This document shows, piece after piece, positions 39,761 through 48,366 of a stretch of DNA of 64,000 bases. The notes below the pieces were generated by a model. That model did not search any database and was not told the DNA's origin. It saw only the letters and a list, made by a program, of their open reading frames with translations. The translations under genes were made by a program, and so were the position numbers. The first letter of the stretch is position 1, and every line of letters starts with the position of its first letter. Origin of the DNA: Dehalococcoidia bacterium (GTDB lineage Bacteria > Chloroflexota > Dehalococcoidia > DSTF01 > JALHUB01); NCBI GenBank assembly GCA_050010555.1, contig JBEKKV010000001.1, forward strand, positions 36,525 to 100,524, in the 5' to 3' direction.

Positions 39761-40798
39761 TCAGCGCGTCAAGACGACTTTGCCGATCACGCGCCCCTCT
39801 TCAATCGTTTTCTGCGCCAGGCCCGCCTCCTGAAGCGGCAGGGCGATGAAGACCGCCGGCTTGATGTCGCCGCTCTCCACCCAGCGCCAGGCATCGAGGA
39901 ACTCCGCCTTGTTCGCCATGTGCGAGCCGAGGAAGTTGAGTTGCTTGTTCCAGAGCAGGCGGATGTCGGTCTTGGCGTCGTAGCCGCTGGTGGCGCCGCA
40001 GGTCACGAGCGTTCCGCCCCACTTGAGGGAACGGACGCTCGTCTCCCACGTCGCTTCGCCCACGTGCTCGAAGGCGATGTCGACGCCGCGGCGTTCGGTG
40101 ATCTTGCGCACCTCTTCGTTCACGTCTTGCTTGCTGCGATTGATCACGTATGCGGCGCCGAGCTCGCTGGCGATCTGGAGCTTGTCGTCGCTGTTCGCCA
40201 CGGCGATTGCCCGAGCGTTATGGAGCTTGCAGATCTGGACCGCCATGGTCCCCAGGCCGCCAGCGCCGCCCCAGATGAGGACGAAATCGCCGGCCTTCAC
40301 CTTCGCCCGCGTGACCAGCATTCGCCAGGCGGTGAAGAGCACGAGCGGCATCGAGGCCGCCTGCTCCCAGCCCAGGTTCTTCGGCTTTGGCACGACGTTG
40401 AAGGCGGGTACTTTGGCGTATTCGGCGTGAGCGCCGTCGAGGGGGCCGGTCTGGAAGCCCCAGATCTTGAACTGACGGCAGAAGAAGACCTCGCCGCGGG
40501 CGCAGGCGTCGCAGGTCCCACAACTGAAGCTACTGAAGACGACGACTTCGTCGCCGACCTTGACGTTCTTGACCTCGCTGCCAATGTCGACGACCTCGCC
40601 GGCTGCGTCGCTGCCGGAGATGTGCGGCATGACTATCGACACGCCCGGCAGGCCGCGGCGCGCCCAGATGTCGTTATAGTTGCAGCCGGACGCCTTTATC
40701 TTGATCAGCACCTCGTTCGGCGAGATCTGCGGCTCCGGCACGTCCATGTACTTGAGGACGTCGATGTCCCCATGCTCGTTGAACACCACTGCCTTCAT
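39761..40798 (-). CDS. Zinc-binding MDR-family dehydrogenase/reductase
   Basis: GCNYNDIW, HISGSDAAG, CGTCDACARGEVFFC, IWGGAGGLG, CGATSG. Confidence 0.9.
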   Translation of the reverse strand: MKAVVFNEHGDIDVLKYMDVPEPQISPNEVLIKIKASGCNYNDIWARRGLPGVSIVMPHISGSDAAGEVVDIGSEVKNVKVGDEVVVFSSFSCGTCDACARGEVFFCRQFKIWGFQTGPLDGAHAEYAKVPAFNVVPKPKNLGWEQAASMPLVLFTAWRMLVTRAKVKAGDFVLIWGGAGGLGTMAVQICKLHNARAIAVANSDDKLQIASELGAAYVINRSKQDVNEEVRKITERRGVDIAFEHVGEATWETSVRSLKWGGTLVTCGATSGYDAKTDIRLLWNKQLNFLGSHMANKAEFLDAWRWVESGDIKPAVFIALPLQEAGLAQKTIEEGRVIGKVVLTR

Positions 40799-40865
40799 TT
40801 CGGCGCGTCCTTTCTGCTCCCGCGATGGGGCACGGATTCAAGGCGATGTTACCGGAAGCTATCGC

Positions 40866-40874
40866 TGGTAGTCT
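40866..40874 (+). promoter_or_regulatory. Extended -10 for the hypothetical-GGDEF operon
   Basis: TGG-TAGTCT upstream of SD GGAGG (40893-40897). Confidence 0.4.
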
Positions 40875-40907
40875 ACTGCGGGACCGGCGTGCGGAGGTTG
40901 GCCCGAC

Positions 40908-40964
40908 ATGCCGATCAATACATGGAAGACGTTTTCGCCCGAGCGGCAAGGCTGCGGGCGATGA
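40908..40964 (+). CDS. Candidate 18-aa upstream ORF (MPINTWKTFSPERQGCGR)
   Basis: GGAGG 10 nt upstream; its TGA overlaps ATG 40961 (ATGA). Confidence 0.3.
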   Translation: MPINTWKTFSPERQGCGR

Positions 40965-41845
40965 CCCGTTGGGAAATGGACTTAACGACAGACGCGCTGT
41001 TGAGCGACGGCTCAGATAGCGAGGCGGACGAGGCGCCGCCGGAAGAAACTCCGGAGGTAGCGCCGGCGGCCTCGGAAGAAACCGTATCCGCCGCGCGGCC
41101 GTCTGAAGCCGGCTCGCCCGCACGCGGCGACGACCTGGCGCCCGCGCTGGCCGCCTGGACCGACGCCCTTCGCTCCGTCGAGCGCAGCATCAACGAGGCC
41201 GCGGAGTCGATTCGCTTCCTGCGCGCGACGCTGCAGCAGATGGCGCCCCTCCTGCGCAGCCTGGGCGGCCTGGAGGAGGCTCTGGGCGCCTTCATTGACC
41301 AGCCGCGTCCAGCCGAAACGCCGCCTGTCGCAAAAGCGCGCGCTCCTCTTCGATTCCCGGACGGCGGCGTGGAAGCAGAGATGGCAAGTCCAACGGCCAT
41401 TCCGCAGGCCGTCGACGGCGGGCGCTTCGGCCGTGAGCGGGAGGCGATGAGGCGCAAGCCCGACCTGAGAGAGAGGGTGCAGCAGCCGCAAGAGGCGGAA
41501 GGCGCCTGGGCGATGCCGGCGGGCCCGCCGCGGCCGGCGCCGAGGCCGATAACCCTCGTGCCTGACGACACGCCGGCACCCTATGCATATCGCGTCACCG
41601 TCGAGGACCGCAAGAACTCGGTCGAGCTGATGCAGCTTCACCAGGCGCTGACCAGCATCGCGGTGGTGCGGAACTTGGCGCTGCTCAACTATGTGAACGG
41701 AATAGCTTCGATTTCGCTGGAAAGTACGGACGAGCTCCAGCCGGTTGAGCTGGAGAACGCCCTGCACAAGGTCATGAAACGGGACTGCACGATCGTACTG
41801 CACGATTCGAATACGTTCCTAGTGCAGCTTGGAGACAAGTCTTGA
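40961..41845 (+). CDS. Hypothetical protein: acidic disordered N-terminus, coiled coil, Pro-rich linker, C-terminal alpha/beta domain
   Basis: 3' part of the 39920..41845 ORF; start uncertain (40922, 40961 or 40976); 18 bp gap to the next gene. Confidence 0.7.
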   Translation: MTRWEMDLTTDALLSDGSDSEADEAPPEETPEVAPAASEETVSAARPSEAGSPARGDDLAPALAAWTDALRSVERSINEAAESIRFLRATLQQMAPLLRSLGGLEEALGAFIDQPRPAETPPVAKARAPLRFPDGGVEAEMASPTAIPQAVDGGRFGREREAMRRKPDLRERVQQPQEAEGAWAMPAGPPRPAPRPITLVPDDTPAPYAYRVTVEDRKNSVELMQLHQALTSIAVVRNLALLNYVNGIASISLESTDELQPVELENALHKVMKRDCTIVLHDSNTFLVQLGDKS

Positions 41846-41863
41846 TATCCGGGGAGGCGTCAG

Positions 41864-43078
41864 TTGGAGGAAGAAGGCAAGGGTCAGCTAAGGGCGGGAA
41901 TCAGCAAATGGTTGCTCGGGGAGTCGCCGAAGCCCAAGGGAGAGCACGGCATTAGCCATCCGAGGGACCAGCAAGCGGACGAGAATCCGGACGCCGCTGC
42001 TCTTCGACGGCAGGTAGAGCGCCTGCGCGATCTGGGCATCCTGGCGCTGCTCCTGCACAGCGCCGGCACGAGCACGGAGATACTGACTCTCTTTCTGGAC
42101 AGGGCGCCCCAGATCAGCGGCGCCAAGGTCGTCTATCCGCTCCTGCTGGACAAGCGACGCGGTGTCCTCCACGCCAAGCCGCTGGAGGGCACGAATGATG
42201 CGCGCCTCGACCAGGCGGCGCTCGCCTTCGAGGCGGAGATGACGCAACTGGAGTTCCCGCTGTACCTGCGCAGCACTCGCCGCATCATCCTGGAAGCGGG
42301 CGAGGTCGTCGTTGCGCCGTCGGTGCGCGACCTGGCGGAGGACGTGCTGGGGCGCCAGAGCTGCGAGAACGGACAGAAGCGCCTGGACGTCAAGAAGCTG
42401 GCGATGGTCCCGCTGGTGATGAACGGCGACCCCATCGGCCTGGTGACGTTCATGTTCGACCATGAGGACGTCGACGTCGAGATCCTCGAGCTGCTGGCCG
42501 GCCATTGCACGCTGGCCCTCAAGGAAAGCCTGGACCAGGAGGAAGCGGGCCGCTTCAGCGAGGTGGATGAGGTGACCTGGCTGCGCAACCGTCGCTTCTT
42601 CAAGGATACGTTGGCGCAGGAGATAGTGCGGGCGAACCGCTACAACCGACCTCTAACGGTTGTCCTTCTGGATATCGACGGGTTCACGGCGTTCAACGAG
42701 GGGTATGGCCCGTCGATGGGCGACAAGCTGCTGCGCTCCGTCGGCATGATGCTGGTGACGTCGCTCGCCGAGCCGGAGGTCGCCGTCCGATACGGCAGCG
42801 ATGAGTTTGGGCTCATCCTGCCGGAGAGCAATCGCGCCGTTGCCGTCGCCATGACGAGCAAGTTGCTTGCCCAGATTGGCCAGGTGACGGTTTTCGGAGG
42901 CGACGGCCCGCCCGAGCCCGTGACCGCCAGCGTCGCCATCGTCGCCTATCCCGAAGACGGCACCACTCGCGACGAACTGATCGACGCCGCGGAGGCCGGC
43001 CTCGCGGAGGCCAAGCGCGACAAGGACGTCGGGATGGAACCAAACCGATCTCTCGGCTGGAGCGCGCGCGCCAGCTAG
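41864..43078 (+). CDS. GAF-like plus degenerate GGDEF (GSDEF) domain protein
   Basis: DEVTWLRNRRFF, VVLLDIDGF, GDKLL, RYGSDEFGLILP, VTASVAIVAYP; SD GGGGAGG. Confidence 0.85.
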   Translation: MEEEGKGQLRAGISKWLLGESPKPKGEHGISHPRDQQADENPDAAALRRQVERLRDLGILALLLHSAGTSTEILTLFLDRAPQISGAKVVYPLLLDKRRGVLHAKPLEGTNDARLDQAALAFEAEMTQLEFPLYLRSTRRIILEAGEVVVAPSVRDLAEDVLGRQSCENGQKRLDVKKLAMVPLVMNGDPIGLVTFMFDHEDVDVEILELLAGHCTLALKESLDQEEAGRFSEVDEVTWLRNRRFFKDTLAQEIVRANRYNRPLTVVLLDIDGFTAFNEGYGPSMGDKLLRSVGMMLVTSLAEPEVAVRYGSDEFGLILPESNRAVAVAMTSKLLAQIGQVTVFGGDGPPEPVTASVAIVAYPEDGTTRDELIDAAEAGLAEAKRDKDVGMEPNRSLGWSARAS

Positions 43079-43118
43079 CGAAACTCCGTTTCCCTGCTTT
43101 CGAATCGTTGCGACCGCG

Positions 43119-43127
43119 TGATATGCT
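43119..43127 (+). promoter_or_regulatory. Extended -10 for the lipoprotein gene
   Basis: TGA-TATGCT. Confidence 0.45.
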
Positions 43128-43167
43128 GGTTATCGCGTTCTTAAGACGGTCCGACGGTGGTGAAACG

Positions 43168-43899
43168 GTGACGTTGTCCAGATTGTGCGCACTGGTTCTG
43201 GTCGGGTTGGTTGTGACCGGCTGCGGCGGCAAATCAGGCGGCTCACCGAAATCAGGCGCCTCGCCGCAAGCTACGGGCAATCTCCTGCAGAATCCCGGCT
43301 TCGAGCAGGGGGCGGACCCCTGGCATACGATGGAGACGGCCGGCTGGTCGCGTGATTTCGACGTGACCGACGTCCTTGCTCACTCCGGCGCCCACAGCCT
43401 CCACGTCGCTCTCGTGCCGCCGCCGCAGCCGGAACAGGACTGGGTGTTCGGCGTCGCCCAGGACATAACTACGAACGAGGTGCCGGAGTACGTCTCCGGC
43501 TATTACCGCGTCGAGAACTGGCAGAAAGCGACGCCCAGCCAGTACCTACAGTTCGTCGTCATCGTATTCTCCAAGGACCCGTCGACGGGTACGACGACGA
43601 ACACGCAGCTCCGCTACCTTCTCGCCGGCGCCTCGACTGAGCCGTTCCGGATCGACAACGCGAAGTTCATCTTCGTCAACAGGTCGGAGCCGGCGACGGG
43701 GCAGTGGGTGCACTTCAGCGGCAATGTGAGGGAGGACTTCCAGAAGGAATGGGGCAGCCTGCCGCAGAATATCACGTCGGTGCGGATCTTCTTCGAAGCG
43801 CGGTACGATTCGTCGACCGCTATTCAGCCGCAGATCGGCGGCGACGTTTACTACGACGACGTGTACGCGGGCTCGAAGGCGGGCGCGCCGGACCAATAG
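43168..43899 (+). CDS. Putative lipoprotein with a carbohydrate-binding-like (CBM4/9-type) jelly-roll domain
   Basis: Signal peptide ending VTG-C; NLLQNPGFEQG; C-terminal VYYDDV. Confidence 0.65.
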   Translation: MTLSRLCALVLVGLVVTGCGGKSGGSPKSGASPQATGNLLQNPGFEQGADPWHTMETAGWSRDFDVTDVLAHSGAHSLHVALVPPPQPEQDWVFGVAQDITTNEVPEYVSGYYRVENWQKATPSQYLQFVVIVFSKDPSTGTTTNTQLRYLLAGASTEPFRIDNAKFIFVNRSEPATGQWVHFSGNVREDFQKEWGSLPQNITSVRIFFEARYDSSTAIQPQIGGDVYYDDVYAGSKAGAPDQ

Positions 43900-44358
43900 C
43901 TAGCTGATCGGGGGTGGGGCCAGCCAGTCGTAGCCGATGCGCGGGTCGTCGTGCGGCAAACGCCCCTCTTCCGCGACGTTGTAGGTGCTGGACGTCAGGT
44001 ACACGAGGTGCGCCTGTCCGCCTATCGCCTTGCAGCCGTGGGCGACGCCCGCCGGTATCTTGAGCAGCCGCGCCGGGTAGCGGTCGCCGAGAAAGACTTC
44101 CTGCAGCTCCCCGCGCGTCGCTGAGCCGTCCCGCAGGTCATACAGCGCCACCTTCAGGTCGCCGGCCACCACGTACCACCAGTCGACCTGATGCGGATGG
44201 ACGTGCCAGGCCTTGATCACGCCGGGGAACATCAGGGAATGGCTGACCTGCGCGAAGCCCTCGCCGGCAGTCGCGTCGGTGGCACGCACCATCTCGCGAA
44301 AGAAGCCGCGTTCGTCGCTGTGCGTGACCAGGTCCTTGAGCTCGACGCCTTCGATCAT
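43900..44358 (-). CDS. rfbC: dTDP-4-dehydrorhamnose 3,5-epimerase-like cupin (RmlC family)
   Basis: From ATG 44358; HSDERGFFRE, KAWHVH, LYDLRDGSATRG, IPAGVAHG, HDDPRIGYDW. Confidence 0.8.
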   Translation of the reverse strand: MIEGVELKDLVTHSDERGFFREMVRATDATAGEGFAQVSHSLMFPGVIKAWHVHPHQVDWWYVVAGDLKVALYDLRDGSATRGELQEVFLGDRYPARLLKIPAGVAHGCKAIGGQAHLVYLTSSTYNVAEEGRLPHDDPRIGYDWLAPPPIS

Positions 44359-44388
44359 TGCTCGTCCCCTCGCTGCGATGTCAGGCGC

Positions 44389-44416
44389 AGTATAGCGCAA
44401 TCGCAGCCGGCGGCAA
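44389..44416 (-). promoter_or_regulatory. Putative promoter of the rmlC-like gene
   Basis: Minus strand TTGCCG-N16-TATACT. Confidence 0.5.
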
Positions 44417-44434
44417 TATGAGGGTTTCCCCCGA

Positions 44435-44463
44435 TTGCCCGGGCAACCGGCGAAAGGTAATTT
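44435..44463 (+). promoter_or_regulatory. Putative promoter of the O-antigen-ligase/GT operon with a 12-bp palindrome over the -35
   Basis: TTGCCC-N17-TAATTT; perfect palindrome TTGCCCGGGCAA at 44435-44446. Confidence 0.5.
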
Positions 44464-44508
44464 GGATTCGCAGGTCCCCGCCTGCCCCCTTCCGGGTCGT
44501 TTGCTGGA

Positions 44509-46014
44509 ATGGAGTCCGTAGCGACTGCAATGTCCCTTTCGCAACTGGCTGCCCGGGCTGACCCTTTCAGACGCCGGCTACCCGAGCTGAGCCCGACGCT
44601 GGCCGCCCTTATACTCGTCTTCCTGACGGCGGCGGCGTACGGCCTCCTCGCGCCGGGTTTAGACGCCGGGTTGTACGTTCCCGCGGCGGCGCTGGCACTC
44701 GTCCTCGCGGCGGTCATCCTCCTACGGCCGGAAATCGGCCTTATGCTGATGTTCCTTACGGCGCCCCTCGAGACGACCTACGTCGATGTCGCGGGCTTCA
44801 GGATCAAGCCGTCGCAGGTTATCGGGCTGCTCACGCTGGCCGGCTGGGCGCTTCAGCTCGCCGTGGGGCGGCGAAAGGCCATACGGTCGAGCGGCCTGAC
44901 AAAACCGCTTGCGCTCCTGATGCTGACCTTCCTGCTGGCTTTCGTGCTGCACTTCCAGTATCTGTCGTATGGCATCTCGTTGTTCGGGCTGCAACTGTGG
45001 TTCGTCGCCATGATTATCGTCCTTGCCAATTTCGTCGACGAGCCCGGCGTGCTGCGGCGCTGCTTCTGGATGTTCATCATCGCCGGTACGCTGGAAGCGG
45101 CGCTGGCGATAGTCCAGGCCGCCGGCTTCTACGACAAGGTGACGACCACCACCGCTTACGGGTCGATCCTGAACCAGGCCAGACCGGCGGGCACTTTCAG
45201 CGAGCCCGACTTCCTGGCGCCATTCCTCGTAGGCGCCTTCCTACTGATCCTTCCGTTCTGGGGCAGCAAGCGGACCGGCTCCTGGATGCCAGCGGTCGGC
45301 GTGGTCGTTCTCCTGCTGCTGGCTGCCAGCATTCTGGCAATGGTTCGCGCCTCCTGGCTGGGGATGATTGCCGGACTGGCGGTCTTCGGCTGGCTGAAGC
45401 TGCGCGAGCGAGGTGATGGGCTTGATTTCGCTGCCCTGTTCAAGCGAATGACGAGCATCCTCGCCGCTCTGGCGGTCATCCTCGTCGCTCTCGCCGTCGT
45501 CTGGCCGACAGCTCTCCAGACCGTGAGCGTTCGCGCCAAGAACTTGGTCGCCATCGTCGAGCCAGAGAACCCGGCGCCGACGCGCGCTCAAGAGATGCAA
45601 CAGGCCTGGGCCGTCATCAAGCAGAACCCTCTTCTCGGGCATGGTGTCGGGACCATAGCGATCACGACCGAATATGGGCGAACTGTCGCCGCTTCGGCGA
45701 ATAGCGGCCGGTCCGGAGTCGTTGGCGCTGGCATAGAGCTGGGCCTTCTCCACGACCAGGGGATCGGCGGGCTGTTGGCGTTCGCCCTTCTGATGGGCGT
45801 GTTGCTGTGGCGCTTGTTGCGAGCTTTGAAGAAGGCGGGCACGTCGCTTCCATACGTCCAAGGCGCCATTGCCTGCGTCGTCGGGCTGACAATCTCCGCG
45901 TGCTTCAACAATCTCTATTACTTCGCCTACTACTGGCTGATCATAGCCCTGGCGGCTGCGTTTTCCGACCTGCTCTTGTCGAAGAGCCCGACAGCCCAGG
46001 ACGCCACCGTCTGA
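44509..46014 (+). CDS. O-antigen ligase/Wzy_C family membrane protein
   Basis: About 12 TM segments, RPAGTFSEPDFLA, MVRASWLG, periplasmic loop with NPLLGHGVGT. Confidence 0.82.
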   Translation: MESVATAMSLSQLAARADPFRRRLPELSPTLAALILVFLTAAAYGLLAPGLDAGLYVPAAALALVLAAVILLRPEIGLMLMFLTAPLETTYVDVAGFRIKPSQVIGLLTLAGWALQLAVGRRKAIRSSGLTKPLALLMLTFLLAFVLHFQYLSYGISLFGLQLWFVAMIIVLANFVDEPGVLRRCFWMFIIAGTLEAALAIVQAAGFYDKVTTTTAYGSILNQARPAGTFSEPDFLAPFLVGAFLLILPFWGSKRTGSWMPAVGVVVLLLLAASILAMVRASWLGMIAGLAVFGWLKLRERGDGLDFAALFKRMTSILAALAVILVALAVVWPTALQTVSVRAKNLVAIVEPENPAPTRAQEMQQAWAVIKQNPLLGHGVGTIAITTEYGRTVAASANSGRSGVVGAGIELGLLHDQGIGGLLAFALLMGVLLWRLLRALKKAGTSLPYVQGAIACVVGLTISACFNNLYYFAYYWLIIALAAAFSDLLLSKSPTAQDATV

Positions 46015-46024
46015 CGGTAACGAA

Positions 46025-47179
46025 ATGCGCATCGGGATGCATGTCGCCGGGCTGCTGCCGTATCGGACGGGTCGGGAAACCTACGCTCAGGCTCTCCTGG
46101 GGGCGCTGGCCGGCCTCGATCACGACAATGAGTACCTCGTCTTTGTGAGCCCCCAGAACCGTCATCTCTTCGATCGACCGGAGCGCAACTTCCACACGGT
46201 TGAAGTGAAGCTGCCGCGCTTCCCTTCGCGACGCTTGTGGGAGATCGCACGCCTGCATCTGGCGCCGGCTGTCAGGCGACTGGACCTTGTCCACTTGCTG
46301 GAGTCGCCGCTGCCCGTCTATCAGCCGGCGAAGGCGCTGGCGACAATACATGACATAATCCCGCTTCTCCGGCCTGACCTGTTCCCGCTGAAAGGGCGCG
46401 TCTTCTATCGCCAGGCGCTCGTACGTGGCACCCGACGCCTGCGCACCGTCATCGCGAGTTCCGAGCAGACGAAACGCGACCTTGTGGCGCGTCTGCGTCT
46501 CGATCCGCAACGGATTCGCGTTATCTATCCGTCCGTGGAGCCCCGCTTCGCACCGCTGTCTGACGAATGGACACTCAGCGCTGTAAGGCAGAAGTACGCT
46601 CTGCCGGAGCGGTTCCTCCTCTACGTGGGGACGCTGGAGCCGCGCAAGAACCTGCTGCGGCTTATCGGCGCGTGTCGAGGCCTGCGGAAAAGCGGCTTCG
46701 ACATGCCGCTCGTGCTTGCCGGCGGCCGAGGCTGGCTTTGCGACGACGTAATCGCCACAGCCGAGGCGATGCCGGATTGCGTGCGCCTCACCGGCTTTGT
46801 CGATGACGCCGATCTGCCTGCGCTCTATAACGCTGCCACGACCTTCGTCTACCCGTCGCTTTATGAGGGCTTCGGCACGCCGCCCCTGGAGGCGATGGCC
46901 TGTGGCCTTCCCGTCGTGTGTTCGAGCCGCTCGTCGCTGCCGGAGGTCGTCGGCGACGCGGCGCTGCTGGTCGATCCAGAGGACGAAGAGGGAATCGGCT
47001 CAGCGATTCTTGACGCGACACGGGACGACAAGCTGCGCCGCCGATTGCGCGAGGCCGGCCTTGCCCGCGCTCGCCTCTTCTCCTGGGACGACACGGCGCG
47101 CCATATGCTCGGCGCCTACGAGGCGCTAGCCCGCGGCCTCCCGATTCCGGAGAAGGAGAGGGCAGAAGATGCAGCCTGA
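46025..47179 (+). CDS. Glycosyltransferase family 4 (GT-B)
   Basis: TIHDIIP, YVGTLEPRKN, YPSLYEGFGTPPLEAMACG. Confidence 0.92.
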   Translation: MRIGMHVAGLLPYRTGRETYAQALLGALAGLDHDNEYLVFVSPQNRHLFDRPERNFHTVEVKLPRFPSRRLWEIARLHLAPAVRRLDLVHLLESPLPVYQPAKALATIHDIIPLLRPDLFPLKGRVFYRQALVRGTRRLRTVIASSEQTKRDLVARLRLDPQRIRVIYPSVEPRFAPLSDEWTLSAVRQKYALPERFLLYVGTLEPRKNLLRLIGACRGLRKSGFDMPLVLAGGRGWLCDDVIATAEAMPDCVRLTGFVDDADLPALYNAATTFVYPSLYEGFGTPPLEAMACGLPVVCSSRSSLPEVVGDAALLVDPEDEEGIGSAILDATRDDKLRRRLREAGLARARLFSWDDTARHMLGAYEALARGLPIPEKERAEDAA

Positions 47180-48365
47180 GCGACGGCTCAAGGCGGCGAT
47201 GGTCGTTCCAGTTGATCGCGGCGGCTACCTCTGGCTGGCGCTCAACTTGTGCGAGGCGCTGGCCGAGAACGGCGCCGACATGACGCTTGTGACCTCTCGC
47301 TCCTGCAAAGAGCTCCCGGCGCACGAGAGCGGATTTCGGATTATGGCGGTGCTTGGGGGGATGGAGCCGGAGCGGCCGAAGCTGCTTCGCGGCGTCAGCT
47401 ACGGCGCCACTATGCTGGGTCTGCGCGCGTATCTTCGCCGAGGCGGATTCGACATCGTCCATTTCCAGGACAGCATCGTGCCCCACGTCGATGCCGCGTT
47501 CTTTATGCTGAGGGGAAGCGGTCGCCCGAAAGCCGTGCTGACATCGCATGATCCTGACCAGGATGCCATAACGGCGACACGGCGCTCGCTGTTGCGTCGA
47601 AAGGCGCTCGCGGGTGTCTACCGCGGCGTCGACGGCATCATCGTGATGTCTGACAGCGCCCGCGACGAGTTGGTCAGCGCATTCGACGTGCCCGCTTCGA
47701 AGGTGGCGCGGATCGCTCACGGGAATTATCGATCGTATGGCGCCGATCGCGCTCCGTCGAAGGCGGACGCGAGGCAGCGGCTTGGCCTGACCGCGGAAGG
47801 GAAGCTGGTCTTATTCTTCGGCTCGTTGAAGCCCAGTAAGGGGCTGGAGTGCCTTCTGCGCGCCTTTGCCCGCGTGCGAGAGGCGGAGCCGACAGCGCGT
47901 CTCCTCGTGGCCGGCGAGCCGCGCGGGGTTGAGGTACCGGCGCTCGAAGCGCTGGCAGAGAGCCTCCATCTTGGGGAAAGCGCGATCCTGCGACCTGGGT
48001 ACGTCCCATCGGAAGCCGTGCCGGACTACTTGGCTGCCGCCGACCTGGTTGCGCTGCCGTACCTGCGAATCTTTCAAAGCGGCGTCCTTCATCTAGCCTA
48101 TAGCTTCGGTCGCCCGGTGGTGGCTACGCGGGTCGGCGCCCTGGCCGAAGACGTGCAGGATGGGAAAAGCGGTCTGCTGGTGCCCCCGGGGGACGAGGAG
48201 GCGCTGGCGGACGCTATCCTGGAGCTGCTTGGCTCCCCCGAGCGGCTGGCGACGATAGGTGCGTACGCAACGGAGCTGTCGCAAACGGTCTACGATTGGA
48301 AGGCGATTGCCCGCCAGACTCTCGATTTCTACGAGTCGCTTCTGGTAAGAGGTAGAGCCGCTTGA
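47169..48365 (+). CDS. Glycosyltransferase family 4 (GT-B)
   Basis: LFFGSLKPSKG, ALPYLRIFQSGVLHLAYSFGRPVV. Confidence 0.9.
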   Translation: MQPERRLKAAMVVPVDRGGYLWLALNLCEALAENGADMTLVTSRSCKELPAHESGFRIMAVLGGMEPERPKLLRGVSYGATMLGLRAYLRRGGFDIVHFQDSIVPHVDAAFFMLRGSGRPKAVLTSHDPDQDAITATRRSLLRRKALAGVYRGVDGIIVMSDSARDELVSAFDVPASKVARIAHGNYRSYGADRAPSKADARQRLGLTAEGKLVLFFGSLKPSKGLECLLRAFARVREAEPTARLLVAGEPRGVEVPALEALAESLHLGESAILRPGYVPSEAVPDYLAAADLVALPYLRIFQSGVLHLAYSFGRPVVATRVGALAEDVQDGKSGLLVPPGDEEALADAILELLGSPERLATIGAYATELSQTVYDWKAIARQTLDFYESLLVRGRAA

Positions 48366-48366
48366 C

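Noticed and set aside
39920-40960. N-terminal half of the 641-aa ORF 39920..41845
   Set aside because: Antisense to the MDR dehydrogenase; protein-like sequence begins only after about 40920
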